DNA of 64,000 nucleotides from Octopus sinensis (Eukaryota). The stretch covers positions 19,840,001 to 19,904,000 of the forward strand of contig NC_043003.1 in NCBI RefSeq assembly GCF_006345805.1, in the 5' to 3' direction. Under the pieces are notes generated by a model that saw only the letters and a program-made list of their open reading frames with translations, did not search any database and was not told where the DNA came from. Positions 1-13,923 of this stretch are shown piece after piece (the first letter of the stretch is position 1; every line of letters starts with the position of its first letter). The position numbers and the translations under genes are program-made.

Positions 1-524
1 ATAAAAAAGATAGTTGTGAATGTGTATGTATATATGTGTGTATATGTGTATATATGTGTACATATATATTTATGTGTGTATATATGTATCTATGTATATA
101 TATACGTATATGCATATATAAATATACATATATGTATACACACACACACACATATATATACTACAGTTCTCCCATCATTCGCCAAATTCTTATCGATCGA
201 TTTATCTATCTAAATGTGTGTGTATATTATATATATATATATATATACATATTTACACATACATTTGTGCCTATATACACATGTATATGAATGCATTTGT
301 ATATATGTATAATATATATATGCGATATATAATTTATATTCACACACACATATATACACATCCGTATTTCTCTCTCTCTCTCTCCCCCTCTCTCTCTCTA
401 TATATATATACACATTCATAGATACATACATATATATATATATATATATCCATATGCATATGCTTATTTGTATGTATGTATGTATGTATGTATGTATGTA
501 TGTATGTATGTATGTATGTGTGTA

Positions 525-557
<33 letters not shown>

Positions 558-579
558 TCATCTATCTATCTATCTATCC

Positions 580-650
<71 letters not shown>

Positions 651-672
651 CATGTCTCTCTTTCTCTTAATG

Positions 673-703
<31 letters not shown>

Positions 704-785
704 GTATGTATGTATGTGCGTGTGTGTGTGTGCATGTGTGTGTATATGTGTGCATATGCATACACATAAAAGTATGTGTTGACAC
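1..785. repeat. Compound microsatellite (TA/TG/TATG/TCTA/CT)
   Basis: Directly visible di- and tetranucleotide arrays. Confidence 0.95.
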
Positions 786-1108
786 CGAATGACGTACTAC
801 ATTCCCGCATTTCAGGCTCCCATTAAAAGTCTGGTTATTGTATCATTATTTTCAAATCTATCTTTGTCAGCAAAATTCATCAAATCTATCTCACTTTCCT
901 CTCCTTCTCCTCCACCTCCTGCTCAATTTTTCCCTCCTTCCTCAGCCATCAGGACGCTGATCTTTCTAAACATTGACTGCACAAGTAATAGTTATCTTGC
1001 TCTTTGTCACCAATATCACGTTCGACAACTCTGCATCATGTAAATTATGTTTTATAAAATACACTCATGTATACATACTCGCTTCCTTACTAACACTAAC
1101 ACACGAAG

Positions 1109-1141
<33 letters not shown>

Positions 1142-1177
1142 ATTTCAGGAATCTTACAAAAAAGAAATATTTGTGAA

Positions 1178-1898
1178 ATTACTTGTATGTAGCGGTGGTA
1201 TTAAAAAGTTCCCGGACTACTTCTGTTGCGTGCCAACAGATGACAGCACACGGCTGCATGTACCGTGAGAGCTAGCAGTGACTTTTATGAAGCAGAGTGT
1301 CGAGTGATAGAACTGTATTTACTTCGCAAAAAGGCGGCGAGCTGGCAGAAACGTTAGCACGCCGGGCGAAATGCGTAGCCATATTTCGCCTGCCGTTACG
1401 TTCTGAGTTCGAATTCTACCGAGGCCGACTTTGCCTTTCATCCTTTCGGGGTCGATAAATTAAGTACCAGTTACTGGGGTTGATATAATCGATTTAATCC
1501 GTTTGTCTTTCTTTGTTTGTCCCCTCTGTGTTTAGCCCCTTGTAGGTAGTAAAGAAATATGTATTTACTTCGCAAGTCGTGAAATTTGTGTTTTCGTGAT
1601 CACGTGTATGCTGTTGTCTGCGACTTTTGTCATGGACAGGAAGTTGGAACAAAGAGCAAACGTGAAATTTTGCGTTAAACTTGGGAAGACTGCTACAGGG
1701 ACATTGATTATGCTTCGGCAAGCTTACGGTGACGTGGCAATGGGTCGTACAGTATGTTTCGAGTGGCATTGACACTTCAAAACGGATGAACATCCTTGCA
1801 AGACGGTGAGCGATCTGGAAGGCCTGCCACGAATGTCACCACCGGATGTGGAGAGAATTCGTCAGTTTGTGTATGAGGATCGTCGGAGGACAATCAAC
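1178..1898 (+). mobile_element. Mariner-type DNA transposon 5' fragment, interrupted by a SINE
   Basis: ATG at 1632 translates MDRKLEQRANVKFCVKLGKTATGTLIMLRQAYGDVAMGRTVCFEWH*HFK, then after a frameshift ..DGERSGRP..EDRRRTIN, a typical mariner HTH N-terminus. TIR-like ggtattaaaaagttcccggac near 1197. Truncated at (GA)n. Confidence 0.85.
1330..1559 (+). mobile_element. tRNA-derived SINE family A (Nin/Deu-like central domain), tail type i
   Basis: Head ggcggcgagctggcagaaacgttagc; core gactttgcctttcatcctttcggggtcgataaattaagtacc; 16-bp TSD tgtatttacttcgcaa at 1314-1329 and 1560-1575. Confidence 0.92.
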
Positions 1899-1922
1899 AA
1901 GAGAGAATTACAGTGAGAGAGA

Positions 1923-1986
<64 letters not shown>

Positions 1987-2017
1987 TAGATAGATAGATA
2001 GATAGACAGATAGATAT

Positions 2018-2165
2018 GTTTCTTTATTAGCCACACAGGGCTGCACACAGACGGGACAAATTACAAGGTAGAGCTTTTCTTTTTGGGGAGAAAAAAGAGG
2101 GGGGGTAGGTTTTCGATCAAAAGGGATCGTAAAAAGGAAAGAGAAAGAGGAAAGAAAGGAAAAGA
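2018..2165 (-). mobile_element. Retroelement 3' end (LINE-like 3' UTR with AATAAA)
   Basis: Minus strand reads ..ccttgtaatttgtcccgtctgtgtgcagccctgtgtggctaataaagagaaac into a (GATA) array; similar to the family A tail i. Confidence 0.55.
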
Positions 2166-2469
2166 AAAAATATAGATAAATAGATAGATAGATAGATAGA
2201 TAGACAGATAGATAGACTGTTATGTCGCACCTTCGGATACCCCTACTACTCAACTCTGCTCTTCAACGACTGCTCCTCCTCGTCGCCACTGTTATATCGC
2301 AATACTATACAGTGGCTGTGTGAGCTGTGAAATCCTCGTCACCACTGTTATGTCGCACGTTCGGATGCCTCTGCTACTCAACTCTGCTCTTCAACTCTCG
2401 ACGACTAGACTTCTCCCTCTATATCTACGTATTGGAATAGCCTACTTCATCGTCTGGGGGCGTCCACAC

Positions 2470-2557
<88 letters not shown>

Positions 2558-3029
2558 AAAAGCGGTGAATCGACCAAGTACAGGCCTGATACTTTAAGAC
2601 CTCAAAGAGATGAAACAGTAACTTGACTTCGACGGTATTTGAACCCAGGGCGTAGAGACCCCAAACGAATATAGCTGGACAATTTACCCCATGCTCTAAT
2701 GTCTCGGCTAATTGGCCGCCGGAAGCCTAATTTACTTCAAACCACACCACGCCATCTCAAAAAGGAAGGCAGCGTTAGCTAAAGTAATCCTTAATACACT
2801 TTCAGAAAATAAGATGGAATCTTCACGGATAAATTTCCTTAGATCATAAAGCTGTCTGATTAGAGCAGACTCGGTGTTAAACAATAGCAAAAGTAAAGAC
2901 ACAGATTTAAGTCTGGCATGATCCTTGGAACTTAAAAGCTCGAGGATTAACCTAGTTTCCGCGTCGTGTGACTGAGATTACAGCTCTGCACAGGTCCGTC
3001 GCAGGATTAACTTCTAAACTTCTGCCAAC

Positions 3030-3150
3030 ACTCATTTACGGCTGAAATGAAACGTCTTGTTTGTGAACACAAGGCACTGCCCCGTCTGGGAATTGAAACT
3101 GCGACCATACATCTCCGGGATTGTAACCCTTTAAGTACTAGGCTATACGC
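3030..3150 (-). mobile_element. Degenerate tRNA-derived SINE head
   Basis: B-box-like complement gggaattgaaact plus gaacacaaggcac segment shared with other SINE heads here. Confidence 0.55.
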
Positions 3151-3482
3151 CTTCACGAAGTAACGATAAAAAAAAAATACGTTTGTATGTTTTCGATTTT
3201 GTTTTATAAGTGGATTTGTCCATATGGCTGTGTAGGTGTGTGTGTGTGTGTATGTATGTGTGTGTGTGTGTGTATGTATGTGTGTGTGTGTGAGAGAGAG
3301 AGATGGAAAGAGAGAGAGTGAGTATACATGCTGAGTGTGTATATGTGCACATTCGTATTCTTTTGCACGTGCTTGTGAGTGTGTGTGTATTGTATACACA
3401 CACACGCACATACGCATACACACATATATATATATTGTATACACACATTATATATATATATATACACTTATATATACATACA

Positions 3483-3524
<42 letters not shown>

Positions 3525-4077
3525 ATTAATGTACACTGAATTATATATATATATATATATGCCTACATATGCACACATACATACATACATACAAAGAAGT
3601 GAGCGAATGGACATAGATAACCACTTTATTGAGACTGGTAGTAAAACAAAGCTCGTCAGAACTGTCAATATTTCCTTTTGTTCAAGAAGAATAGGAGAGA
3701 AAAGAGGAAAAAAAACCCAACAGGATCTGTTTAAATTAGTCGATCGGAAATCGTCAGTACACACCACACACACACACACACACGCACACCCACACACACA
3801 TGCATGCACGCACGCGCCCAAACTTACATGTGTTGACATTAGCTGTCGTTGCAGCCACGAAATATATGCATTATCTGCGTCTTGGTGTAAACGATGTTAT
3901 CTATTTGTGTAAGTATATATATATAATATATATATATATATATAATATATATATATTATATATAATAGATATATATACATACATACATACATACACATAC
4001 ATACATATATATTATATATATATATAATTCGTGTATTTGTTTATGTATGTGCGTACATATATATATATGTATATATT

Positions 4078-4158
<81 letters not shown>

Positions 4159-4225
4159 TTGTATAATATATAAATGTATGTGTAGAAGATTTTTATGTAT
4201 ACAAATATATATGAATCTATCTATC

Positions 4226-4296
<71 letters not shown>

Positions 4297-5350
4297 ACCG
4301 TGTGTCATTTGTTTTTGTTGCACCTGTGTGTGTATAATAAGTGCATTTAAATAGGCGCTTCACGCCACTCAATGGGACTGTTTCCAATTAGGCAGCCGAC
4401 AGCAGATAAACCTTGATACAACGTAAAAAAAAAACCCGATAAAAGCACAGTGTCTTAGTGCATACAAAAGAGTTCCGTGTTTGCATGTACTCATATTACA
4501 ACAGGTTGCTCAAACAGAGTAATAGTCAGCGCACATTTGTTTATTTGGACACTAGATGAGCTGTCTTGTGTATTTTGCATGTATATATGCGAGTGTGGAT
4601 ATGTGTATGTATGTATGTATGTATGTATGTATGTATGTATGTATGTATGTATGAATGAATGAATGTATGTATTTACGTACTATGTATGTATGTAAGCATG
4701 TATGTATGTATGTTTGTATGTATATATGTATGTGTGTATGAATACATGTAAGTACGTACTTACATGTATCTACGGACATGCCTGTGATCCTGTGCATACA
4801 GGATCTACATAAAAGGATGAAACGTGTGTGTATGCATGTATATATGTGTGTTTGTGTTTGTAAGTGTGTGCGTGTGTGTGTTTTTGTTAGCGATCTGTTA
4901 ATGAGGATTGAATTAAATTGTCAACTGATGCCTAATAAACAAAACACACGATGCATTTAGTGCTGTCTTTATTCGTTTGTACAGAAAAAGGCGCGCGCGA
5001 TTGTGTCTCTGCTTATCTCAGTGGCATATGGTGGTTGTTGTATTGGGTGTGTGGCCACACCCAATGCCACCAAACTTCGAGCAGAAATATAACAAAAGTT
5101 TTCTATTAAGATTTGTGATTAAATTAATGAGCGTGAGCAGCGCGTATCTAACCCACCCAGAATATAAGCCTCTGCCGAAGTCACACTCAAAACTATTCTT
5201 GTTAAAGAATAATAAATTTGTACTCTACCAAATGTATTGACTAGTCCTTCAGTTTAATGTAAAATTGTTATCATTTCAACATAAAAACAAACGTGTATAT
5301 ATATATACACACGCACACACATATACATACATCTATATGTTTATATACGT

Positions 5351-5658
5351 ATGTTGTTTGTTCCTTCTCGAGCCATGTCTGGCTCATAAGGGCCGGTTTC
5401 CCGGTTTCCTTGGCGCATAAGTTCCCCACCTGGATTTGACGCCGGTCCATTGCAGGTGAGCTGCAAGATGCAGGAGGAAAGAGTGAGAGAAAGTTGTGGC
5501 GAAAGAGTCAGCAGAAGTTCGCCATTACCTTCTGCCGGAGCCGCGTGGAGCTTAGGTGTTTCGCTCATAAACACACACATCGTCCGGTCTGAGATTCGAA
5601 CCCGCGGTCCCTCGACCGCGAGTCCGCTGCTCTAATCATTAGGCCATGTGCCTCCACA
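5351..5658 (-). mobile_element. tRNA-derived SINE family C (V/Meta-like 3' module)
   Basis: Head tgtggaggcacatggcctaatgattagagcagcggactcgcggtc..gggttcgaatc; body shared with 24613 and 62184; (AAC) tail. Domain name is from memory of V/Meta SINE motifs. Confidence 0.85.
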
Positions 5659-5719
5659 TATGTATGTATAAACATAAAATATATAGGTACATCCCCACCC
5701 ACACATGTTAGGTCACTCA

Positions 5720-6190
5720 TAGTGCTTCCAGTAGCATGTAATTACAACCTGCGACATGGTCGGGTCGCCGGCTACTAAACGGCCAACTCTACCAAGCTTA
5801 CTTGGTAAGAAGGCGGCAGCTGGCAGAAACGTTAGCACGCCGGGCGAAATGCGTAGCCGTATTTCGTCAGCCGTTGCTTTCTGAGTTCAAATTCCGCCGA
5901 GGTCGACTTTGCCTTTCATCCTTTAGGGGTCGATAAATTAAGTACCAGTTACGCACTGGGGTCGATGTTATCGATTTAATCCGTTTGTCTGTCCTTGTTT
6001 GTCCCCTCTGTGTTTAGCCCCTAGTGGGTAGTAAAGAAATAGGTAAGAAGGGTAATTTTTGTTCGGCACCCTGCAGGAAGAAAAACAAAATGTCAAAAGG
6101 AGGATTAACTCAGTAGATTTAAAGGCCATTCAGCAACTGGGAGTGAGAAACTCCTTGTGTTTGTTTAGACATTCCCCTTAGAAAAGGGTA
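5720..6190 (+). mobile_element. Dispersed repeat, possibly the 5' region of an RTE-clade LINE, interrupted by a SINE
   Basis: Related to 31080-31370 (+) and 23880-24345 (-): ggtcgggtcgccgg..actaaa followed by a hairpin. Confidence 0.5.
5812..6041 (+). mobile_element. SINE family A, full length, tail i
   Basis: Consensus-like head, core and tail; TSD ggtaagaa(gg) at 5804 and 6042. Confidence 0.92.
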
Positions 6191-6559
6191 ACTCAGTTCT
6201 AACATTTACTACTTGCATCTAATAACGTCGACATTTAATCTTTTTTTGGGCAAATATGCATGTTGTTTGAGAAAGAATTTTCTCAACTGACTCTGATGTT
6301 CTAATGTCTCTCTCCCTCCTACACCTATCATTGTCTCTCACTTCCCCCTACCGCTCTTGAACCTCTTGTGCTAGCGACAAACAGATGCTCGGCTCAAACA
6401 AGTTAGCACAAACACACAAATACACAAACGCAAACACACAGACGTTCAAAATCACATGAACACACACATCGAAGCATATACATAAGTGTATTAGCATACA
6501 TGAGCGCACAAGTTAATAAATAAATACGAAGACATACTCAAACGTATAACAATATACGT

Positions 6560-6827
6560 ATATACAGTTCTATATTTGAGAGATGAGGAATTGTGTACAT
6601 TATTTACATTTGACGGATATTTGTCCTCATTTTGTTTGTTGTAAACACAACGTTTCGGCTGATGTACTCTCCAGCCTTCATCAGGTGTCCTGAGGGAATT
6701 TCGAACCTGGGTTCTCATTTTTAAGGTATTTTCCGATGTTATTATCATTATTATTCAGGTCACTGCCAGGAATCGAACTCGGAATCTTGGGGCTAGTAGC
6801 ACGCGCTCTTAACCACTACGCCATATA
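6560..6827 (-). mobile_element. tRNA-headed SINE-like element carrying a hammerhead ribozyme
   Basis: A box TGGCGTAGTGG (6823-6813), B box GAGTTCGATTCC (6780-6769), short (AAT) spacer, hammerhead at 6644-6689; flanked by TATA. Confidence 0.85.
6644..6689 (-). ncRNA. Type I minimal hammerhead ribozyme (C3-G8)
   Basis: gacac CTGATGA A GGCTG-gagagtacat-CAGCC GAAA CG TT gtgtt: stem I gacac/gtgtt, stem II 5 bp, palindromic AACGTT stem III, GUU site. Confidence 0.85.
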
Positions 6828-6924
6828 ATAATAATGATAATAATAATAATAATAATAATAATAATATAATAATAATATAATAATAATGATAATAGGAAGC
6901 TTATATATACAACGTCTAGAAGGT

Positions 6925-7100
6925 GTGTGTGTGTTTGTGTGTCTGTGTTTATTCCCCCACCATCGCTTGATAACCGATGCTGGTGTGTTTGCGTCTATGT
7001 AACTTAGCGGTTTGGCAAAAAAACCCCGGTAGAATAAGTACTAGGCTTACAAAGAAGTCCTGGGGTCGAATGACTGAAACAAATAAAAGAATAAAAGAAT
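6925..7100 (+). mobile_element. SINE family B 3' half
   Basis: cgcttgataaccgatgctggtgtgttt..agaataagtactaggctt..gactgaaac and (AATAAAAG) tail. Confidence 0.8.
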
Positions 7101-7116
7101 CAGCTTATTAGATGTA

Positions 7117-7337
7117 CAGTAATACCTCACCATATCGCAGTTCACCTATCGCGGTTTATTATTTAAGCTTACGTCGATTCCTCCGTGGCGTTGTTTTGCA
7201 TTTATAATAAAATAAATATATACAAATTATAAAAATAATAACAATAAAAAAATACAGTACAGTTTCTACTTCGCAGATTTTCACCTATTGCGGAGGGTTT
7301 TTGGAACGCAACACACGCAATAGTCGAAGGATAAATG
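7117..7337. mobile_element. pogo/Tigger-like MITE
   Basis: TA-CAGTAATACCTC..GAAGGATAAATG-TA; second copy at 42317-42538. Confidence 0.75.
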
Positions 7338-7522
7338 TATAGTAATGATATATTAAAATCTATGACAATTTTCTCTGATAGTGATAACTATCTCTCCTAA
7401 AAAAAGTCTAAAAACTTCTGGAATGAAGCTCGTACTTTTGTATATATATATATATATAACCGAATTCTGCGGTTGGCTATCGAGTTTGTGATGTTATGTT
7501 TTTTCGTATATTTCTTGAGTTT

Positions 7523-7586
7523 GTTGCACTGACGAACATGAAATGCATATTCTGCATTAAATGCGAAATCACATGTGATATGTAAC
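7523..7586 (+). ncRNA. Type I hammerhead ribozyme (one stem II closing mismatch)
   Basis: gttgca CTGACGA A-CAT-gaa-ATGCA-tattc-TGCAT-taa-ATG-C GAAA TCACATGTGA TA tgtaac: stem I gttgca/tgtaac, palindromic ATCACATGTGAT stem III, AUA site. Confidence 0.75.
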
Positions 7587-7819
7587 TGAATTCTTTTTTA
7601 AAATGATGTGTTTTGAAGTTTTGCATTCGGTAAAATTTTGTTTATTTTTAGTAGTTTTGACCGCATTGGTCCCTCTTAGCGTGTTGGTATCTACGAACAG
7701 TAGTACCCTCAATATAATATAAATGAATATTTTCAAGGAGGAAGAATTTACAGATTTTTTCTCTTACGAGGTTTTTCACGCTGACTACTGATAATTTCTT
7801 TTAAAGATTTTATCCTCAA

Positions 7820-8767
<948 letters not shown>

Positions 8768-8779
8768 TTAAGTTAAGTG

Positions 8780-8829
<50 letters not shown>

Positions 8830-8836
8830 TATATAA

Positions 8837-8906
<70 letters not shown>

Positions 8907-8991
8907 CAATATATATATATATTATTTAAATATATATATATATTATATATATAATATATTATATATATATTTATTACACTTAACTTTTTAA

Positions 8992-9043
8992 AATATTTTG
9001 ATAAGGTTCGTTTTTTCAAGAAGAACCGAAACATGTAAAATTT
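8992..9043 (+). ncRNA. Hammerhead-like motif, U3-A8 variant, weak stem I
   Basis: TTGATAA GGTTC-loop-GAACC GAAA CATG TA; palindrome ACATGT; homolog at 14565-14613. Confidence 0.55.
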
Positions 9044-9274
9044 CTAAGAAAATTCAAATTTATCTTATATAGTGGCGTTTTCAAACTTCTTTTTTATAAA
9101 TACCCACTCGTATACGATCTACACTTATTATAAATATATATTTATATATATATACTTTCGTGTGTATCTATAAATGCGTGCATCTCTGTATGCTGGTGTA
9201 TGTTTGTGTATGCTTCGGTGTGTGTATTCATGTGATTTAGAACATCTATGTGTATGTGTGTGTTATGTGTGCGC

Positions 9275-9311
<37 letters not shown>

Positions 9312-9588
9312 GGTGAGTGGAAGAGAAGGAGAGAGTGAGATAGATATATAAATAGATAGAGATAGATAGATATATCGATAGAGAGGGAGACAGACAGACA
9401 GAGAATGTGTATGCTACATGTATTCGTGGTGTGAGTATTTCTGTGTCATTTGCTTTATTTGGTTTGTATATGACTTGATTTGCGGGACATTAGTGTCAAC
9501 GTCTCTTATCTACATGCGCGCGCATGTATGTACATGTTGATGTGCATGTGCACGAGATTGACTCTCTCTCTTTCTCTCCCTGTCTCTG

Positions 9589-9624
<36 letters not shown>

Positions 9625-9871
9625 TCTCTGTATCTGTGTGTGCGTGTGTGTGTATACTGGTTTGCACTTATATTCATGCTGGATTTAGAAACAAAACTCT
9701 GCAGCTCCGTATAAAAGTTCATCGAACCTATATTACTGCATTACTTAGGCTGTACTTTTCAGATTAACGGAAAAAAAAAATTATTGTTGAGAAGCTTACT
9801 TGTTCATTTTACATTTGTATATTTTAAAATATAAGGCTTGAAGACAGAAATATAAGGTCATTACATGCAGA

Positions 9872-9912
<41 letters not shown>

Positions 9913-10069
9913 AGAAAGAGAAAGAGAGAAAGAGAGAGAGATACAGACAGATAGAGACAAGGAAAAAAAGGGGGAGAACGCAAGAAACAGACAGACAGTA
10001 CGAGAGAGGGACAAAAAGAGAAAATCAGAACAAGAAGGAAAAGAACAAATATGCACTCCACAGGTGTAG

Positions 10070-10214
10070 GCATGGTCGTGTCGTTACGAACCACGCTTTG
10101 CAATTACATGGTTTAGGGTTCGGTCCCACCACCATGACTCCGGACTGACCAATACTTACTTTGTGAGTGAATTTCGTCGATGAAACTTGTCGAACTTCAT
10201 TGCATACACACATA

Positions 10215-10301
<87 letters not shown>

Positions 10302-10395
10302 GTACACTAGGGTCGATTCGTTCGACTAAAATACTTCAAGGCGGTAACCCATCTTGGCCGCAGTCAAATGGCTGAAAAAAGCAAAAGTTAGAAAT
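10070..10395 (+). mobile_element. SINE family B, internally deleted, with (CA)n
   Basis: Head, body and tail motifs as at 7820. Confidence 0.75.
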
Positions 10396-10684
10396 AAAGA
10401 CACACACCACACACAAAAGGAGTTATTACATAATTTATGATATGCGTCTTCACTCGGGAGACATAAACTATACGGCCAACTGAAATATCCGCATGCGTAT
10501 AGAGTAAATACTATAAGCAGCAACGAGCAGCAAGTGATTTCATTGGTTGACTTATGCATGTGACTGTCCGGTTTTGTTACTGGAAAAGCTCTGTAGAAAA
10601 GATGGAAGTCTGGACGGAAAACTATTCTGCTAAATATAAATATGAATATAGATATAAATACAAATATAAATATAAATATATTGT

Positions 10685-11075
10685 TTTTACTTGTTTCAGT
10701 TATTAGACTGCGGCCCTGCTGGTGCACTGCCTTAGTCAAATAAATCGAAACCCAGTACTTATTTTTTTAAAGCCTGGTACTTATTATATCGTTCACTTTT
10801 GCCGAACCGCTAGGTTACCGGGACTTAGACTACCATCAGTTTTCAAGTGATGGTGAGGGACAAAAAGAAGCGCGCGCGCACACACACACACACATACACA
10901 CACACACCACACACACACACACACGCGCACACACACGACAGGCTTATTTCAGTTTCCGTCTATCAGATCCACTTAAAAGGCTACAGTAGTCCAAGGTGTC
11001 ACACACAGTGGGACTGAACCTGGAACCATGTACTTAGGAAACAGGCCTCTTATCATACAGCCACACCCGCACCTA
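10685..11075 (-). mobile_element. SINE family B
   Basis: Tail, body and head motifs as at 7820. Confidence 0.8.
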
Positions 11076-11238
11076 CATATCACACACACACACAGTTACA
11101 CACACACAGATGCACACACAGACACACAAACACACACACGTACACATACACACACATATCTCTTTCTGTAGCTCTATATGTATATGTGCGTGTTTATACA
11201 CATATATAAAAGTGTACACGCATATATATATATATATA

Positions 11239-11314
<76 letters not shown>

Positions 11315-12409
11315 CACACACACATATATATATATATATAAGTTCAGCAAAAATAATGTACATTATCCATTTAATTAAAAAATTCTATATGTGGCTAAAG
11401 ATTGCTCGACATTTTAAAACTGATGTAATACTTACAGGGTTTGATAAAATGAAGTAGCATGGAACGATTGTACCACACTACCTTGGATATCCTTGTTGCT
11501 TATTTTGATTATATATATATATACAGAGATACACACATACACACAGTAAACAAATCCTCCTTTCTTAACACTTCATAGTAATTTTCCTCTACCCCACTTG
11601 CTCAGTTAAGTTTCCTTCCACAAAATATTTTCGTTGTTTGAGCTCCTATCAAATATTCGATAAATCTTTGTTTCATTCTGTAGCCATCTTAAACTTCCTA
11701 ACATACCCAGTGACTTCTTTTCCTTTTCCGTTTTTCCTGACTCCAAATCAATACACCCCCACTTGTTTTGTTAAATTTAAGTCTTTCTTTGTTCCCGTCC
11801 GCCATCCCCCTTTTATCAATTCTTGATCTGCTTTCGTTGTCATATATCTAGTGTTTTTAACCCCTACTCAAACCTTTTAGTATTTCTTCACGTTTGCTTT
11901 TAATTCTATTTTTGTATACATTAAAAAAATAAAATTCGTCTACGTCTATTTCTTTAAACAAATTTATCTCCCTTCCTTCTCTCCTCTTCATTCATTTTCT
12001 ATCCTCCTTTCAAATTATTTGAAAAAAAATATACCGTTAAAAAATTCCATAGAATGCTATAAATATACATTGTAAATCTACGTATTAGGTTTTTCATCAC
12101 AAGCATTATGTTGCTTATTTGAGATCAACGAAATTCAGATTAAGCGTATCATAAGAGGCTCCCGAGCCTATTGTCATAGCTATATAGAAAAAGATCGCGT
12201 TTATGTGGTTAGCTGAACTGCTAGAAATAGCAACCACATCCTCCTCAAACGATACCCTATCATTTAAAAAAACAAAACAAAAACAAACAAAAATGGACTA
12301 TCATATTTGGTTATGTAACCCTTGACACTCATAAAAAGATGTGATGGTCATGGCTGGAACACTTTTGATAATAAGTCTACTTGAACAACGCTGACACGGG
12401 CATAGATAA

Positions 12410-13140
12410 TTGTTTTTAGTATAGGCAAAAGTCCTGGAAGTTGGCGGAAGGTTTTAAACGATATCATCGACTCGGAATTTGACTGATACTTTATTGTATC
12501 GACCCCGAGAAGATGAAAGGTAAAGTTAACCGCTGCTAGATTTGAACTTAGAACATAAAGAGCGAGAACAAATTTTTGTCTGATGCTCTAATCATTCAAC
12601 CAATCAACGGATTGATTATTTAATGATTGATTCAAGTGGGGATTTCAACACACAACGAACTCACTCCTGATGGAGTTGCATTTGTTATTGATGTTGTTGT
12701 TGCTGATACTGTTGCCTTTGATCTTATTATTGTTGCTCGTGAGCTGGCAGACATTTAATATTTTTTTTATGTTCTGAGTTCAAATGCCGCTGTTGTAAAC
12801 TTTGCTTTTCCCCCTTTTGTAGTCGGTTGAATATGTACCTGTTGATTACACCTGGAGTCGGTGTAATCGATTGGCCCCTCTCCCAATATTTCAAGCATTG
12901 TACCTAAAGTAGAAAGAATTATTGTCCCTTGTGGGCTGGCAGACTCGTTAGTATGCCGGACAAAATTATTAGCGACATTTCGTCTGGCTTTACGTTCTGA
13001 GTTCAAATTCCGCTCGTGTTTATCAAGACGATCCTGGTAAACGAAAATGAAATTCACCCAGAAGGTATCGGTCGGCCTGGAATTATAGTAGAAGACAATT
13101 GCCCACGGTATCGCACTCTAGGACTGAACTCCAAACCAAT
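12410..13140. mobile_element. Cluster of degenerate family A and B SINE fragments
   Basis: Diverged matches to the core (tatcgaccccgagaagatgaaagg; ttctgagttcaaat). Confidence 0.6.
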
Positions 13141-13767
13141 ATAAACCTGCGTTTACAATTTAAATATATTGAAAATAAGACTGGTTGACTAAGCGAAATT
13201 TACTAATCGCATGCACATAATTTTACTATTATAAAGAAACCCCGGTAACATGGGAATATAGATTATTGTAAAAACATTGTAATTTAAAATAAAGTGACAG
13301 GGTTAATATTTGATAATGTAATTATATCTATGTTGGTACTAATATATCGTGGACGATGTAAAAATTAATTATCATAGGTAATAATTTGGAGAATTTGTAT
13401 AGAAGTACTTGAGGGACGTTAAATTAGACATCTAAGATTTGGTTCGTGAGTATAATGTAAACATGCAATTTATTGCTAGTATAGTCAACATTATAATTCA
13501 AATATTTGCTATTTTGTAAGTTGAAAGAAGCATGGAATAATTCCTAAATCTATAAGTACTAATTGGGAAGAATTTAATCATATGATCTAATTCTATATGA
13601 GTGGAATAATAAAAAACAAATTAAAACAAAGACAAATCAAAAAGCAAAATAAATATTTTATATGGTTATACGTATTATAAATTGTATAATTTATGCGTTC
13701 GTCTCAGCTTATATATTTATGAGAAGATAGATCTCAGTTTTTCTGTATATAGTCATTACACAGTCGT

Positions 13768-13803
<36 letters not shown>

Positions 13804-13805
13804 CT

Positions 13806-13923
<118 letters not shown>

